A stretch of 63,951 nucleotides of DNA, filler included, from Collodictyon triciliatum (lineage: Eukaryota): the NCBI GenBank assembly GCA_043381765.1. It is 7 parts of 7 records of this genome, joined end to end, with 100 filler letters (N's around TTAATTAATTAA, not from the genome) between each part and the next. Parts side by side here need not be neighbours in the genome. Positions count along the whole stretch, not along the records: positions 54,739 to 63,951 come from JBHJMP010003116.1; 6 more parts are not named here. One strand, 5' to 3'. The translations under genes were made by a program, and so were the position numbers. Under the pieces are notes generated by a model, which was not told where the DNA came from, did not search any database, and worked only from the letters and a program-made list of their open reading frames with translations. Below are positions 60,487-63,951 of the stretch, piece after piece; position 1 is the first letter of the stretch, and every line of letters begins with the position of its first letter.

Positions 60487-63235
60487 TCAGAATCCTACGG
60501 CATGGTCGGAAGCATCCATGTACTTATGACTTCCTACAACACAGATATCGGGTCTCTTTGTCCACTGGTCCACACGCCTTGCCTGTTGAGGTACATGTAT
60601 GATACACCCCACACATGCAAATACCTCACCATTGCTCCTCCATGCCTTCAAAACTGTGTTTCCGAGCAAGCAATAAGGTATCGACTCCATACACCCATAA
60701 ATATACGACCGATTATTGCATACATAACGGTGCTTGCCAGTGCAAGGGTGCCAGGTGCGTGTGGAAAAACCAGACATATTGTAGAACTACACACTATAGC
60801 CAAACACGGATCATAATAAACGGGGCGTAAATATCTCTTATAAGCGATAGCATCACGTATGGCAATAAGGCCAATCTAGGTAGGTGCGACTGCTATGGCG
60901 ACGAGCGCTTCAATCCGAAAAAGAAAGACACAAATCAAAGTGGTTGATGAGTCGCGGAGTATTCTTCAAAATCAGAGGGATGCATGCCTTTGAGCGATAT
61001 GATATGTACTTTTCTTTACTTTCGAATAACGATATGAGCTTCAAAAGCGCGCCTGTCGTGATATAAAGCCTGTCATATACTCCGAGGGGTCAGAATCGGT
61101 ATGGGACAGAGAATCTGATTGAGGCGGTTGCTAGGCAAACATGATGAAAGCAGATTGGGTAAACGAAGACTGGGGTTTGTACGGGGTTCACAAAGTGAGG
61201 GGGGCATGTAGATATTAAGGGTTCGAGGTGAAAAGGTGGAGTTTCAGGATGGGAAGCATTGTGAAACACGCTCGCATTCGCTCTTCATTGCCCTGCCTAC
61301 CAGCGAAGAGAGATACGAGAAAATCTCACAACATACCTCCCTTCTCATATTCAGCCTCGCCAGACGTGAACAGTCAACAAACCGGCTGGGTTTAATGGGA
61401 CCAGTCCGCCAGTCCTGATTTCTCTTCGGCAAGATATCTACCAACTCGTCCTTCGTAAACACCTCGGGTTTCAAGCAAATGCGGTTCACATTTCCCTAAC
61501 GGGCTGATGCCTGATTCTAAGAAATAAATCAATAAAAAGAACAAAAGAAAACAAAAAAAAAAAAGAAAAAAAGAAAAAAAGAAAACAAAAGACAATTAGT
61601 ATACACCCAACGTTTGCATCGCAACTCATAGTGAGATTGACTGAAATGGGGCATGACCTTAAAAAATTATGTCGTCTACTATTTGAGATTGTATGAAGAT
61701 ATCTTAGTGCGAGGCATTTGCTCATCATTAGAATTGAACTCTTTGAATCGAATATATGGCTTTTTTTTGTTGAACCAAACAAGAACCATATTATCTGACA
61801 AAACTATAATATATTTGCCTCTTCGAAAGATGCAATTGCAAGGAAAAAAATCAACTCGTTGGATCGAGAACAAAGATGTCTTGTTTAGTTACACTATACA
61901 TATATTTCTTGGAAACAGCTAATCAAATGAAACCAGGCTCGTTCCTTTTCTACAAGAGCACAACCCGTACATTTGTGGAAAACATGCACATGAAAATAAA
62001 AATAGTCAGACAATTTTGAATCCGACCAACCAACCAACCATCCAATCAACAATTAAAAACAATTTAAAGTCATAGTTTTAATTTATCCTTGCTTATTTTC
62101 TCGATGAGACTGAAATTTTTTTACTCAGTTGATAACATTTGAATATGTTCCATACGTTCTTTTTCCTCTTTAATGTAAATCGGCTGAGATGCTCGTCAAG
62201 AGTTCCTGAGTTAATCAAAATTACTTATACCTCATTAAGAATGAAATAAATTTTTAGAGTATTGCTATAGATTAGGTACTTCATCAGTTACCAGAGCACC
62301 CTTTCCAATCAGATATTTTGCGCTAGCCCTATCCTAATAGGTTTGACAAATGTATCAAAATGAAAGTATGAGAACATACCGGGTCATTTAGCTCTAGTGC
62401 GCCAGGGGCCACATCAACAGAAACGTCTCCATAGATATCAGACGTGCTCGCCTAACATCGGAGTTTTGTAATTCCATGAGCAGCCCTTCCAAAAGAAATT
62501 CGACCCTCAGCATTTTGAATAAGGAGTCCTGCCAATTTGGCGGGAGTAGTTATTCCTGGGGCAAGTGCCCTAGATGAACGTTGTGGTGAGTTGAACTATA
62601 TATGCTTCAAATAATCGAGGTCTCGGAACTTTTTTAATTCAAGATTAAAAATGAATTATAATATATTATCTCTCTCGCTTGAGCTGATTTAATTACACAA
62701 TATAAAAAAAGAAAACATACTATAATCAGCTATAGAAAATAAAACAAAAATTAATGAGGGTTGATTCTTTCTGCCAATACTTCCACCATCTTGCAAAAAC
62801 TGAAAGGAAGAATAGATAAATACATATAAAGCTTGTTTCTCTTCACACAGGGAGATCCCCCAGATGCAGGTAGCTTAATCCGGAGATACAAGATCTCTTC
62901 TGGGAAAATAGTGAGTTGGTTACCACTAACCCCAAAGGCACCGAGCTTGAGGACAGCAGAAATACCCTCAGGAATCGACGGGCTCATGTTTTGATAGAGC
63001 CGCAACTTCTCTGGGCATAGTGAGAGAAGGATTTCCATGGGGAAGCTTGAGAGGTCGGACTCTGAAAGATTCAGAGCGGTTGAGTTTTTTTCCCGAAGGC
63101 TCGCCTGCAGGATCCGGCCGGATTCCTAACAACCTCAGTCCTTGTAGAAGATCCTCGACAAACATGTCGGCTTTCACGTCCAATGATCAGCGTATGCACA
63201 GTTCGAAGCCCAGGGCGGCTCTAGTGTTACCGGCA
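60487..63235 (-). pseudogene. Heavily decayed LRR / ankyrin-like / kinase-like remnant
   Basis: Fragments IPEGISAV.KL..F.VSGNQLTIFPEEILYL (LRR-like), AKYLIGKGALV (ankyrin-like), and ALRYLH and KPEVF (kinase-like), spread over several frames with stops. Confidence 0.3.
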
Positions 63236-63298
63236 ACGTGTTTCTATTGTTATGTGGTTATCTATATTCTTGCACTTAAGTTCATTTTTTCTTCTTTA

Positions 63299-63332
<34 letters not shown>

Positions 63333-63951
63333 TTATTATTTGCTTTTGTCCTTGTTTATGTTAATGCTTATGTGTATGGTTTTGTTTACGTTCATGTTTT
63401 TTTAAAAAAAATAAGTCATGGAGAAAGAATGTACTTTGTGGATCCACACAACACAGCAACTCAAATAGATTCACCGGAGACTTTTGAATACCACGTTGCT
63501 TAAGATGAGCAAATCGCAAATAGAGTTCAGGGCAAACTGGCTTGTCGAGTTGTACACTTCCTTCATTTTTTTGTTTTTGTTTTTTGTTTTGTTTTTTGTT
63601 TGGTTTGGTTTTGGCTTTGGCTTTGGTTTTTGTTTTTGTTTTGTTTTGTTTTGTTTTGTTTTGTTTGTTTCAGATGTTTCAGATGTTTTGGTATGGTTTG
63701 TTTTGTTTTGTTTTGTTTTGTTTTTTTGGTTTTGTTTTGTTTTATTTTGTTTTGTTTGGTTTATTTTGTTTCGTTTTTGTTATTGTTATTGTTATTGTTT
63801 TTGTTTGTTTTATTTTATTGTTTTTGTTTGTTTTATTTTATTTTTATTTTTATTTTTTTGTTTTGTTTTTGTTTTTGTTTTTGTTTTTGTTTTTGTTTTT
63901 GTTTTTGTTTTTGTTTTTGTTTTTGTTTTTGTTTTTGTTTTTTTTTTTGTT

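Overview
Intron-rich, AT-rich, microsatellite-laden eukaryotic DNA, most like a protist or amoeba. The window is not one locus. It is seven contigs (1-9218, 9319-18531, 18632-27843, 27944-37155, 37256-46468, 46569-54638, 54739-63951) joined by artificial N44-TTAATTAATTAA-N44 linkers. Six of the seven are about 9.21 kb, which suggests size-sorted concatenation. Genes: a partial TFIIIC B-block subunit-like gene; an inactivated LRR-Roc-COR-DUF4062 fusion; a nearly intronless receptor-like gene (signal peptide, 14 hypervariable WD40 repeats, Cys-rich linker, multi-TM); a multi-PH-domain/actin fusion; a signal-peptide SET/Rubisco-LSMT-like protein lacking the NH motif; SNU13; a TmcB/TmcC-like PAS membrane protein; a two-repeat Myb factor; and decayed LRR/kinase-like remnants. 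The main mobile element is a Fanzor1 (TnpB-derived RNA-guided nuclease) family present as two diverged copies. Both share a structured omegaRNA-like 3' region that ends in a Helitron-like hairpin plus CTAG. Other candidates: a C/D snoRNA head-to-head with SNU13, a hammerhead core, and a repeated PIP-degron-coding segment flanking the WD40 gene.
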